The notes under the pieces are model-generated. The model did not search any database, was not told the DNA's origin, and saw only the letters and a program-made list of their open reading frames with translations. Positions 10,433-19,439 of a DNA stretch of 63,344 bases are shown in pieces. A program made the position numbers and the translations under genes. This DNA comes from Nitrospirae bacterium MYbin3 (GTDB lineage: Bacteria; Nitrospirota; Thermodesulfovibrionia; Thermodesulfovibrionales; Dissulfurispiraceae). Location of the stretch: positions 62,001 to 125,344 of the forward strand of contig PEAD01000006.1 of assembly GCA_002753335.1 (NCBI GenBank), read 5' to 3'. How positions within the stretch are numbered: the first letter of the stretch is position 1; each line of letters opens with the position of its first letter.

Positions 10433-11526
10433 TGATGCGAAAGAATATCCTTCTCCTGAAAATAATATTCCTCATGCTTATGGCTCCGTTCTGCATACAC
10501 ACCGCAAATGCTCAGGCCATGCTGCAAGTAGGCCAGGCGCCGCCGGACTTTTCGCTTGCCGACATAAACGGCAAAGATATTTCGCTTAAGAGCCTTGAAA
10601 AGAAAAAGGCTGTTGTTGTGGTTTTCTGGGCAACATGGAGCGCAAATTCAAAAAAAGCGCTTAAGCGCTTCGAAGAGTTTTACAAAAAATACAAAGACAA
10701 AGAAATAGAGATTGTTGCCATAAATGCCAATAACCAGATTATTTCTAAAGATGATGTTGAGGCTGTAAAAAAGCTGGTTAAGGAGCTGAATATCACATTT
10801 CCCATCGTATTCGATGATGGGTTGAAAACATTCAGGCTATATGACACTATCGCGCTGCCATCCACGATTATAATTTCGGACGGCAAGATAGTGTATGAAC
10901 TGCCGGGCCTTCCTCTTGTGGGAACCGAAGACATGATAGATTATCTTATGACCTTGGCTGGAGAGCAGCCGCGCAAAGCACTGGTGCAAAAATACAAACC
11001 GCGCCATGATGCCATAGCAGACACCAATCTTGCAAAAGGTTTTATAGCCAAGAAAAAGTACGATATGGCATATCCCTTCTTGAATAAGGCTGTAGAAAAG
11101 GACTCAAAGTACATGCTCGCCTACGTTGAACTGGCAAAGTTGTATGAAATCGAAGGAAAGGCTGCAGATGCCGAAAACATATTAAAGAAGGCGTTGACGG
11201 TAGAACCAGAAAATGTGGCTGTTATGACAGAACTGGGGCACCTTCTGATAACGACAGGCAGAAACAAAGATTCGATCACTGTGCTCGAAAAAGCGTCAGC
11301 CCTAAACTCCTACACTCCTTCGCATTACTATTACGCTTATGCTCTGGGCAAAAATGGCCAGATAAAAGAGTCTCTAGCTAATTTTGAAAAAGCCCTCTCG
11401 CTGAATCCATATGAAGAAAACATATACACTTTGAGGGCTGAGGTTTATACCTTGAATAAAATGCAGAAAGAAGCGGCATCCGACTACCGAAAAGCGCTCG
11501 AAATGAAAATGAAGATCAGGAACTGA
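10432..11526 (+). CDS. Redoxin (TlpA/ResA-fold) domain lacking CxxC, fused to TPR repeats
   Basis: GQAPPDFSL...FWATWSANS (CxxC replaced by SxxS), LPSTIII, then TPRs. Confidence 0.85.
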   Translation: MMRKNILLLKIIFLMLMAPFCIHTANAQAMLQVGQAPPDFSLADINGKDISLKSLEKKKAVVVVFWATWSANSKKALKRFEEFYKKYKDKEIEIVAINANNQIISKDDVEAVKKLVKELNITFPIVFDDGLKTFRLYDTIALPSTIIISDGKIVYELPGLPLVGTEDMIDYLMTLAGEQPRKALVQKYKPRHDAIADTNLAKGFIAKKKYDMAYPFLNKAVEKDSKYMLAYVELAKLYEIEGKAADAENILKKALTVEPENVAVMTELGHLLITTGRNKDSITVLEKASALNSYTPSHYYYAYALGKNGQIKESLANFEKALSLNPYEENIYTLRAEVYTLNKMQKEAASDYRKALEMKMKIRN

Positions 11527-11527
11527 A

Positions 11528-12880
11528 TTGAAAAAAGCATTATCCTATATCATTTTGCCGGCGCTATTTATTACGCTTATTGCACTGAACACTCTCCATG
11601 CAGACACCAACCAATATTTCTCGATTCTGGAGCCGGTTGATTTGACAGCTATTGAAGGGGAGCTCGTTTCTGTAGTAATACTTATAAACAGCGCGGATAT
11701 GACCTCAATAGATATTGTAAGAAACGGCAGGAGCGTATTTTCGGAAGATGCCCGTGAGTTCAACGAAAATGAATTTAAAGACGGCTATTCGATAAAGGCT
11801 TTGCTTAAAGACATATCGCAAGAAGAGTTCGAGCTTGATTTAAAAGAGCCTGAAGATACACTTGAGCGTCTCAATGAACTACTGAGAAAACCTAACTTCT
11901 ATTCGATTTTTCTTATAAAGAAAAAGTTCATAAAGCTTTCGGATCAGGGCAGAATACTTGTAAAAGATTCAGAAAGCTTCAGGTTCAAGCAATTTGCGTC
12001 GCTTACCGATACGCAGCAGAGAACCATACTCAAGCTCAACCGTACGATTCTGGAAGAGAATTTTTCGGCCAGCTGTCCGAAAAGCAGGCACTCCTTGCCT
12101 AATGTAAAAGGCAGCAAATATTTTTCAAAAACAGTAAAGCTGGACAACGGTCCCAATGACATAGTGGTTATAGGGCTAAAGGACTCAAGTACAGTCGCAA
12201 CCCAAAAGGTGACGGTATTTTACAGGTTAGACATTTCGAAAAATTTCAGCACAACTCCGCCCCAATACAAAAAAAAGGTGTTTCACACAGATGCATCAGA
12301 AAAAAGATGCGCGCCCTGCCACAGAATGAAAGCAAACGAATCTGACAATATTCCCCAAAACATCAAGGATTCAATCTGTTATACCTGTCATAAAAAAATA
12401 AACGTATATTCAAATGTTCATGGACCTTCTGCCCGGTGGGAATGCCTGACCTGCCATGAGAAGGAGTCCCGGCCCTCCAAATATTTGACCAAAAAACCTG
12501 ATAAGGATCTATGCTTCATGTGCCATACTGACCGTAAAGAGTCCTGGGACAAAAAGAAATATGTTCACGGACCTACCGCCACAGGCAAGTGCACAATATG
12601 CCATAATCCGCATGGCACCAATCATGAGTTCTGGTTGAAAAAAGCGCCTTGGGAGCTCTGCACAACATGCCATGAGGACAGATCTTCGGGATCTCATGTG
12701 CTTGCAGGATTTGGCGCCGGTGGAGGACATCCGATGAAAGAGAAGCCTGACCTATTGAGGCCCGGCACCGACTTTTCTTGCAAGAGCTGTCATACGCCGC
12801 ACGCTGCAAATTCGCGCTCACTTTTTTCGCATGAAGTAAATTCGATGTTCCAGCTCTGTCAGGTGTGCCATAAGAAATGA
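11528..12880 (+). CDS. Octaheme cytochrome c with heme-free N-terminal region
   Basis: 8 CxxCH motifs (CAPCH, CYTCH, CLTCH, CFMCH, CTICH, CTTCH, CKSCH, CQVCH) in the C-terminal half. Confidence 0.9.
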   Translation: MKKALSYIILPALFITLIALNTLHADTNQYFSILEPVDLTAIEGELVSVVILINSADMTSIDIVRNGRSVFSEDAREFNENEFKDGYSIKALLKDISQEEFELDLKEPEDTLERLNELLRKPNFYSIFLIKKKFIKLSDQGRILVKDSESFRFKQFASLTDTQQRTILKLNRTILEENFSASCPKSRHSLPNVKGSKYFSKTVKLDNGPNDIVVIGLKDSSTVATQKVTVFYRLDISKNFSTTPPQYKKKVFHTDASEKRCAPCHRMKANESDNIPQNIKDSICYTCHKKINVYSNVHGPSARWECLTCHEKESRPSKYLTKKPDKDLCFMCHTDRKESWDKKKYVHGPTATGKCTICHNPHGTNHEFWLKKAPWELCTTCHEDRSSGSHVLAGFGAGGGHPMKEKPDLLRPGTDFSCKSCHTPHAANSRSLFSHEVNSMFQLCQVCHKK

Positions 12881-14397
12881 AACCTAAACTTCTAAAAAGC
12901 ATACGCTTCAAGCTCACATTCATCGCCTTGGTGTCAGTATTTATAATAACTCTGCTCATAGTATATTCGGACGTAAAAGACACCGAGAACAGGCTGATAG
13001 ACACACAAAAAGAAAAAGCGGTTTTGATGTCGGACATAATAAAGCAGAGCATAATGCTCCTGATGCTCGAGAACCGATGGAAAGATGTTCAGGACCTGCT
13101 CGAAGATATAACCAAAGCCAACCCAGAGCTCGACGAGGTGCGCATATTTCATCCTCTTAACGGCAAGGTTATAGCCTCAGCGGACATTAAAGATATTGGA
13201 AAGCATATATACCATGAAGACTGGAATAAATTTGTAAATAAGCTTGACGACCCTTTTGTCATAAATAAAAAGGGGTCGATATTCGCAACGCGCGTGACTC
13301 CCATCCCCAACAAGCCGGCATGCTATAAATGCCACCCGCCCCAACATAAAGTATTAGGCGTTCTGGATGTCGAGGTATCTCTCTCTGTAGCCCACAAATC
13401 GATAATCGAATCAACATACAGACATTTCTTAGGGCTCGTTTTGGGGTTCATAGTAATAACTGTCATATTTATAGTCGTTGGAGAGCGGCTTATAAGCGCT
13501 CCTTTGCGCAAACTTACAAAAGTAATGGAAACGGTTGAAAATGGAGACCTCTCTGTCAGAGTAAAGGATATCAGCAAGGATGAATTCGGATACCTTTCTA
13601 AATCATTCAACAGAATGATCGAAGCTCTGCAGTCAGCACAGCAAAACCTTGAAACCTATCACAGACAGCAGATGGAGCAAACCTCAAAACTCGCTTCCCT
13701 CGGCCAGATAGTATCAGGAATAGCGCATGAAATAAAAAACCCGCTCGCTGGCATAAGCTGCGCAGTGCAGGTTTTTCATTCCGAGATGAAAAATGATGAT
13801 CCTCAAAAGGAAGTTGTTTCTGAGGTGCTGAACCAGGTAACTAGGCTCGACAAGATAGTGAAAGACCTCTTAAGCTATGCAAAGCCTAAGGCTCCCCGTT
13901 ATATACCCACAAAGATAAATGAAGTTATCGATAAGGCCCTGTTCTTCCTCTATCCTGAAGCAAAAAAACTCAAAGTCACAATTGATTTAAAAATACAGGA
14001 GGGGCTGCCAGAAATTCTAATCGACCCTGACCAAATACAGCAGGTGTTCATGAATATAACAGTTAACGCCCTTCATGCAATGCAAAGTGGAGGCACGGTT
14101 TCCATTAAGGCATCCGTAACAGAATGTTCCGAACTAAAAGATACAGTAGGGATAACCGGCTGCGACAAGGCCTTTGTAATATCCTTTCATGATACAGGGC
14201 AAGGCATTGAACAGGATGAGCTTGTGAAAATCTTTGAGCCTTTCTTCACAAAGAAAACTGTAGGCACAGGTCTCGGCCTGTCCATCTGCAGACGGATAAT
14301 CGAAGAGCACGGCGGCAAGATAACTGTAAGCAGCGCCCTTGGAGATGGAAGCATTTTTACTGTATACTTACCTATTAGAAACTCTACTGAAACATAA
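12877..14397 (+). CDS. Sensor histidine kinase with periplasmic heme-c site and HAMP domain
   Basis: Two TM helices, CYKCH, HAMP (DEFG.L), AHEIKNPL, FFTKK..GTGLGL. Confidence 0.92.
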   Translation: MKPKLLKSIRFKLTFIALVSVFIITLLIVYSDVKDTENRLIDTQKEKAVLMSDIIKQSIMLLMLENRWKDVQDLLEDITKANPELDEVRIFHPLNGKVIASADIKDIGKHIYHEDWNKFVNKLDDPFVINKKGSIFATRVTPIPNKPACYKCHPPQHKVLGVLDVEVSLSVAHKSIIESTYRHFLGLVLGFIVITVIFIVVGERLISAPLRKLTKVMETVENGDLSVRVKDISKDEFGYLSKSFNRMIEALQSAQQNLETYHRQQMEQTSKLASLGQIVSGIAHEIKNPLAGISCAVQVFHSEMKNDDPQKEVVSEVLNQVTRLDKIVKDLLSYAKPKAPRYIPTKINEVIDKALFFLYPEAKKLKVTIDLKIQEGLPEILIDPDQIQQVFMNITVNALHAMQSGGTVSIKASVTECSELKDTVGITGCDKAFVISFHDTGQGIEQDELVKIFEPFFTKKTVGTGLGLSICRRIIEEHGGKITVSSALGDGSIFTVYLPIRNSTET

Positions 14398-14417
14398 ATC
14401 TCTACTACGGAGGCGCT

Positions 14418-15794
14418 TTGTCTCAACCTAGGATTCTTGTAATAGACGATGAGAAATTCATAACCTGGTCCCTCAAACAGCATCTTGAAAAAGAGGGCTA
14501 CGAGGTGACTACCGCAGATTCTGCTGAGCAGGGAATGGAATTCTTTAAAACCGAAAACCCCGGGATATTAATTTTAGATATAAACCTTCCGGGAATGAGC
14601 GGCCTCGACATGCTCGAAACCATACGAGCCATCAACAAAGAAGTAATAGTCATAATGATAACTGCGCACGGGGACATCGAGACAGCGGTTTCGGCCATGA
14701 AGCTCGGCATTTTCGATTTTGTGGAAAAACCGTTCGACTTAAACAGAATATCGGTGCTGATAAAAAAATCCCTCGAAACTATCAACCTGAAAAGAGAAGT
14801 TACATATCTTAGAGGAGAGCAGTACGACAAATACAGCTTTGACAACATAATAGGCATTTCAAAACCTATGACAGATATGATCAGCCTCGCGAAAAAAGTG
14901 GCCGAAAGCGATGCCAACACGGTACTGATTCAGGGAGAAAGCGGAACAGGCAAAAATCTGATCGCAAGGGCAATTCACTATTACAGCGCCCGTGCATCTA
15001 AGCCTTTTGTGGAGGTCACAGCCACGGCCATACCAGAAACCTTAATAGAGAGCGAGCTCTTCGGGTACGAAAAAGGAGCCTTCACAGACGCCAAAACCGC
15101 CAAAAGCGGTCTTTTTGAACTAGCAAGCGAAGGCACCATATATCTTGATGAAATAGGGGATATAAAGCCGGCCACACAGGCGAAACTGCTGAGGGTCATC
15201 GAGGATAAAACATTTAAGAGAATCGGCGGTCTGAAAGACATACATGTCAACCTCAGAATCATCGCAGCTACAAATGTTGATCTGGAGCATGCTGTCAAAG
15301 AGGGAAATTTCAGAATGGACCTCTTTTACAGGCTCAAGGTCATACCTATATTGATCCCCCCCCTGAGAGATAGAAAACAGGATGTAATACCTCTTGCGCT
15401 TCATTACATGAAGGTCTTCAACAAAGAGTTCAAGAAGAATGTGAAGAGCATATCTCCTGAAGCCGAGAAACTTCTGATCAGCTACCCATGGTACGGAAAT
15501 GCCCGAGAACTGAAAAATGTTATCGAGAGGATCTGCATACTAGAAAACACCGATATAATATACCCTGAACATATCCCGATAGAAATAGTGGACAGCATAG
15601 AGAAGCCGGTTGCTGCACAAAAGATGTCAACAATAAGCATTCCTCCCGAAGGCATCTCGTTGAAAAACGTAGAGAGGGATCTTATAGCACAAGCGATCGA
15701 GATCGTAGAAGGCAATCAAACCAGAGCCGCTAGGCTTTTGGGCATTTCCAGAGACGCGCTTAGATACAAAATGCAAAAGTTCGGATTGATGTAA
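14418..15794 (+). CDS. Sigma54-dependent response regulator (NtrC family)
   Basis: REC domain, GESGTGK, ELFGYEKGAFTDA, WYGNARELKN, Fis-type HTH. Confidence 0.95.
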   Translation: MSQPRILVIDDEKFITWSLKQHLEKEGYEVTTADSAEQGMEFFKTENPGILILDINLPGMSGLDMLETIRAINKEVIVIMITAHGDIETAVSAMKLGIFDFVEKPFDLNRISVLIKKSLETINLKREVTYLRGEQYDKYSFDNIIGISKPMTDMISLAKKVAESDANTVLIQGESGTGKNLIARAIHYYSARASKPFVEVTATAIPETLIESELFGYEKGAFTDAKTAKSGLFELASEGTIYLDEIGDIKPATQAKLLRVIEDKTFKRIGGLKDIHVNLRIIAATNVDLEHAVKEGNFRMDLFYRLKVIPILIPPLRDRKQDVIPLALHYMKVFNKEFKKNVKSISPEAEKLLISYPWYGNARELKNVIERICILENTDIIYPEHIPIEIVDSIEKPVAAQKMSTISIPPEGISLKNVERDLIAQAIEIVEGNQTRAARLLGISRDALRYKMQKFGLM

Positions 15795-15802
15795 TCTTTA
15801 AA

Positions 15803-16888
15803 ATGCCTCGTATATACAAACAACACTTAGGCAAATCAGGATTTTTTATTTTGCTTATTTTTTGCTTGCTAATCTCTTATGCCTGCGTGTCACCCCCTGA
15901 ACCGACTCCCCAACATGACATTGTCTGGCCAAAACCTCCTGACGAACCAAGAATAAAATGGGTGCGAGGACTGCGCTCCGAACTCCAAATAAAAGAGGCC
16001 AGCACGCAAGAAAAAATTCTTGATGCGTTTTTAGGTGAGCAGCGCCGAGGATTCTCACTGATGAAACCTTACGGAGTATTTTCAGCAAACGGGACTATTT
16101 ATGCAGCCGAAATGTTGGCAGGCATAGTAGCGGCATTTGATATGAAAGCAAAAGATTTTTACTTTATAGGTTCTGAGAAGGGGCCCGGCAAGCTCTCAAG
16201 GCCAACAGGAATAGCTGCAGATAAAGACGGCCGTGTATATGTAACAGACAGCGGACAAAACAGAGTTATGGTGTATGAAAAAGGCGGCAGGTACCTTTTC
16301 AGTTTAGGCACAGCCAAGCAGTTCGGCAAACCATCCGGAATCGCAGTAAACAATCAATTGGGCAGAATTTATATAACGGACCAAAAAAATCATAAAATAT
16401 ATGTGTTCTCAAAAAACAATGAGTACCTTTTCGAAATAGGAAAAGAAGGAAATAAAGATGGAGAGTTCAACGCCCCGACCCACATTTTTGTTGACAGCAA
16501 AAATAAATTGTATGTGACCGACAGTCTGAATTTCAGAATCCAGATATTAGATTCAAACGGAACCTTTATATCAAAATTCGGCCAAATCGGCGACGGGCTT
16601 GGCATGTTTGCCCGGCCTCGAGGCGTGGCTGTGGACTCAGAAGACAATATTTATGTTGTTGACGCTGCCTTTGCCAATGTACAGATATTCGATCAGAAAG
16701 GCAACATACTGTTGTTTTTCGGAGGCTCAGGGTGGGAACCCGGAAAATTATTGTTCCCTGCCGGAATATCCATTGATGAGGAAGACAAGATTTATGTTGC
16801 GGACGAGTTCAACAAGAAAATAAACATTTATCAGTACATGGGAAATAAATACAAGCAAAGCATTCAAGGCAAAGCAAACCAGCAATGA
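15803..16888 (+). CDS. NHL-repeat beta-propeller protein, probable lipoprotein
   Basis: Lipobox-like SYAC; repeated P.GIA.D...YV.D NHL units. Confidence 0.85.
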   Translation: MPRIYKQHLGKSGFFILLIFCLLISYACVSPPEPTPQHDIVWPKPPDEPRIKWVRGLRSELQIKEASTQEKILDAFLGEQRRGFSLMKPYGVFSANGTIYAAEMLAGIVAAFDMKAKDFYFIGSEKGPGKLSRPTGIAADKDGRVYVTDSGQNRVMVYEKGGRYLFSLGTAKQFGKPSGIAVNNQLGRIYITDQKNHKIYVFSKNNEYLFEIGKEGNKDGEFNAPTHIFVDSKNKLYVTDSLNFRIQILDSNGTFISKFGQIGDGLGMFARPRGVAVDSEDNIYVVDAAFANVQIFDQKGNILLFFGGSGWEPGKLLFPAGISIDEEDKIYVADEFNKKINIYQYMGNKYKQSIQGKANQQ

Positions 16889-16903
16889 AGTTCTTCTAAA
16901 CTA

Positions 16904-17236
16904 TCACTTCTTGTGGCACTTATAACAAAGTTCTACCGACTTATACCTGAGCATAAGATATTCCTTGGAATGAGAATCATGGCATGTTATGCAGGTGATT
17001 TTACCGTCCTTCTTAAGAGGGAGATCCTTGGGCACATCCATAGTCGGTTGAACATCTACTTTGTGTTCTCCCGCAGAAATCCTCTCCTTATGGCAGTCCT
17101 TGCAAAGTTCGGTAACATCCCGTTTTATGATAAAACCATGGTGAGATTCATGACATATATTGCAATCATTGGACCGTATCGCCCAAGCATGAACGGCAAA
17201 AATCAATACACTTAAAAATGCAAAAATTATTTTCAT
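16904..17236 (-). CDS. Small tetraheme cytochrome c
   Basis: Signal peptide; CNICH, CKDCH, CITCH, CYKCH. Confidence 0.88.
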   Translation of the reverse strand: MKIIFAFLSVLIFAVHAWAIRSNDCNICHESHHGFIIKRDVTELCKDCHKERISAGEHKVDVQPTMDVPKDLPLKKDGKITCITCHDSHSKEYLMLRYKSVELCYKCHKK

Positions 17237-17355
17237 GGCAACTCGATAGTATTTTCTTTTATCATATCATATGCAGAATAAAATGCAATATGCCGGGAGC
17301 ATTTTTCAGAAAAGTGTCTTTTAGGCTATTATAGCGGTACTATTCGGGAGGAAAT

Positions 17356-18300
17356 TTGCCGGACAATACTAAGATTGCAGTAGTGGTTCCCTCGTACAAA
17401 ACAGCCTCGCATATCCGGGATGTTATCGCCTCTCTGCCCGAAAATATAGACCATGTCATTGTTGTTGACGACGCGTGTCCGGAATCCTCCGGGAAAATAG
17501 CAGAATCAACAAACAAAAAAAACCTCATCGTTCTTTATCACGAGCACAACCAAGGCGTTGGCGGTGCTATGGTATCAGGCTATAAAAAAGCACTTGAACT
17601 TAATTGCGACATAGCGGTAAAGATGGACGGCGACGGACAGATGGACGCATCGTATCTGCAGAACCTTTTGACCCCTCTTTTAAAAAATGAGGCGGACTAC
17701 ACAAAGGGAAACCGCTTCAGAGACTTTACTGCCCTGAAGTTCATGCCTTGGATAAGGTTCTTCGGCAACAGCATACTCTCGTTTCTGCTGAAAGTGGCAT
17801 CCGGCTACTGGAACATCATGGACCCTACAAACGGATATACGGCGATACACCGAAGAGTCTTGGAAAAAATAGATCTAGACAAACTATCAAAAGGATACTT
17901 CTTCGAGTCGGACATGCTTATACGCCTGAACATAATCAATGCGGTGGTTAAGGACGTCAGCATACCAGCAAAATACGGCAGCGAAAACAGCTCGCTAAAG
18001 ATCAAAAAAATAATATTCATATTTCCCCAGAAGCTCATAAAAGGCCTCTTCAGAAGACTGGCATTCAAATATTTTATCTATGATTTCAATATAGCTTCGG
18101 TATATATTCTGGTCGGCATACCCACATTTTTATTCGGCTTAATATTCGGCTCCATAGAATGGCTAAGAAGCATACACTCAGCAATGGCAAGGCCTTTGGG
18201 CACAATAATGCTGGCGGTATTGCCGATAATACTCGGAGCGCAGCTGCTTCTTCAGGCCATCAGCATCGACATCAACTCGATACCGAAGAAGGAGAAATAG
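17356..18300 (+). CDS. GT2 family glycosyltransferase (DPM1-like) with C-terminal TM helices
   Basis: VVDDACP, DGDGQMD motif, two TM helices. Confidence 0.9.
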   Translation: MPDNTKIAVVVPSYKTASHIRDVIASLPENIDHVIVVDDACPESSGKIAESTNKKNLIVLYHEHNQGVGGAMVSGYKKALELNCDIAVKMDGDGQMDASYLQNLLTPLLKNEADYTKGNRFRDFTALKFMPWIRFFGNSILSFLLKVASGYWNIMDPTNGYTAIHRRVLEKIDLDKLSKGYFFESDMLIRLNIINAVVKDVSIPAKYGSENSSLKIKKIIFIFPQKLIKGLFRRLAFKYFIYDFNIASVYILVGIPTFLFGLIFGSIEWLRSIHSAMARPLGTIMLAVLPIILGAQLLLQAISIDINSIPKKEK

Positions 18301-18832
18301 AGGTTTTCTGGTCTCCCCTGAGCAGAAAGTATAGTCTTCTTGCCATGTAAAAATTCTTCAGGTTGCGTTCGTCCTGAAATTCCCTGTAGGTGTTGACGTG
18401 AGGCTCAAACTTGCCGTTGCGAAAATGAAGCGTAACTTCGGCGTAAATTCCGTCCTTTAGATATATTCTGTGCGAGTAGTCTTTTGTTGAGGCAAGCACT
18501 ATTTTGGCAGGGTGTATATAGCCGGGGTCAATATTGATTCTCCGCCTGCCGTCCTTCGCAAAAAAAGATTCGACACTGTTTGTGGCCAGCTTGCTTTCGG
18601 CTAGATGCTCAGGGGACCTTAGCCTCTTAAAAAAAATAAAACGCCTGACAATAGGCCCGCCCATCTCATCTTTATAATACGATGAGCAGCTCCACAAGAC
18701 CGGAGGAGTCTCCATAACAACTTCGCCTAAAGACTCCTCAATTCTGATCAACGCCTGATCGTAAATTTCCTGATCAACAAAGAGTACGCCTGCAAAAAAC
18801 AGAACATTGTGCGGATTTCGAGGCAACCCCAT
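18272..18832 (-). CDS. DUF4416 family protein
   Basis: RRINIDPGY..LASTKDYSHRIYLKDGIYAEVTL signature. Confidence 0.8.
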   Translation of the reverse strand: MGLPRNPHNVLFFAGVLFVDQEIYDQALIRIEESLGEVVMETPPVLWSCSSYYKDEMGGPIVRRFIFFKRLRSPEHLAESKLATNSVESFFAKDGRRRINIDPGYIHPAKIVLASTKDYSHRIYLKDGIYAEVTLHFRNGKFEPHVNTYREFQDERNLKNFYMARRLYFLLRGDQKTSISPSSVSS

Positions 18833-18837
18833 CGAAA

Positions 18838-19362
18838 CTAGTCAGCCATCATCTTATTAAGATAAGCCTTTACATCAGGCGTGTCCCACTCAATGGGACC
18901 TATTACCTTCTTAACAATCACTCCCTTTTTGTTGATAAGAAAGGTCTCCGGAACGCCTGTAAGACCATACGCTGCTCCTATCTTTTTATCGTCAACTAAT
19001 ACAGGCAGATTAAAACCGGTCTGCTTCACATATTCGATAGCATTCTTAGGCTCATCCTTAAAAAGCACAGATAGTGCTATGAAATTGCTATTATTCGATT
19101 CGGAAGTTACTAGCCTTTGAAGAGAGGGGTTTTCGGATTTACAGGTATCGCACCATGTTGCCCAGAAATTCAGAAGCACCACCTTGCCTTTAAGCTCCTG
19201 CAGGCTCCAGGCCTTGCCTGTAATGTCCTTCAGCTCAAACTTCGGAGCTTCAGTTCCTGCTACTGCTTTCTGGGGCGGGCGGTCCGAATTCTGCGCAATA
19301 AATGTCACTGCTACACATCCAAGCACAAGAATTATTACTAAAATCAAGCCCTTATTTTTCAT
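18838..19362 (-). CDS. TlpA/ResA-family thiol-disulfide oxidoreductase
   Basis: Membrane anchor, NFWATWCDTC, GVPETF. Confidence 0.9.
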   Translation of the reverse strand: MKNKGLILVIILVLGCVAVTFIAQNSDRPPQKAVAGTEAPKFELKDITGKAWSLQELKGKVVLLNFWATWCDTCKSENPSLQRLVTSESNNSNFIALSVLFKDEPKNAIEYVKQTGFNLPVLVDDKKIGAAYGLTGVPETFLINKKGVIVKKVIGPIEWDTPDVKAYLNKMMAD

Positions 19363-19439
19363 TAAGCCTCCTCCTTTTTGGGCTATACGCGGTCAAAAAT
19401 GTTTTATGGCAGGGTACTCTACAGCTCCGCAGAAAAGAC

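Noticed and set aside
10639..10650. Selenocysteine recoding in the redoxin motif
   Set aside because: Codons are AGC and TCA, not TGA
15076..15093. GAFTDA instead of GAFTGA in the sigma54 activator
   Set aside because: Common natural variant; not evidence of inactivity
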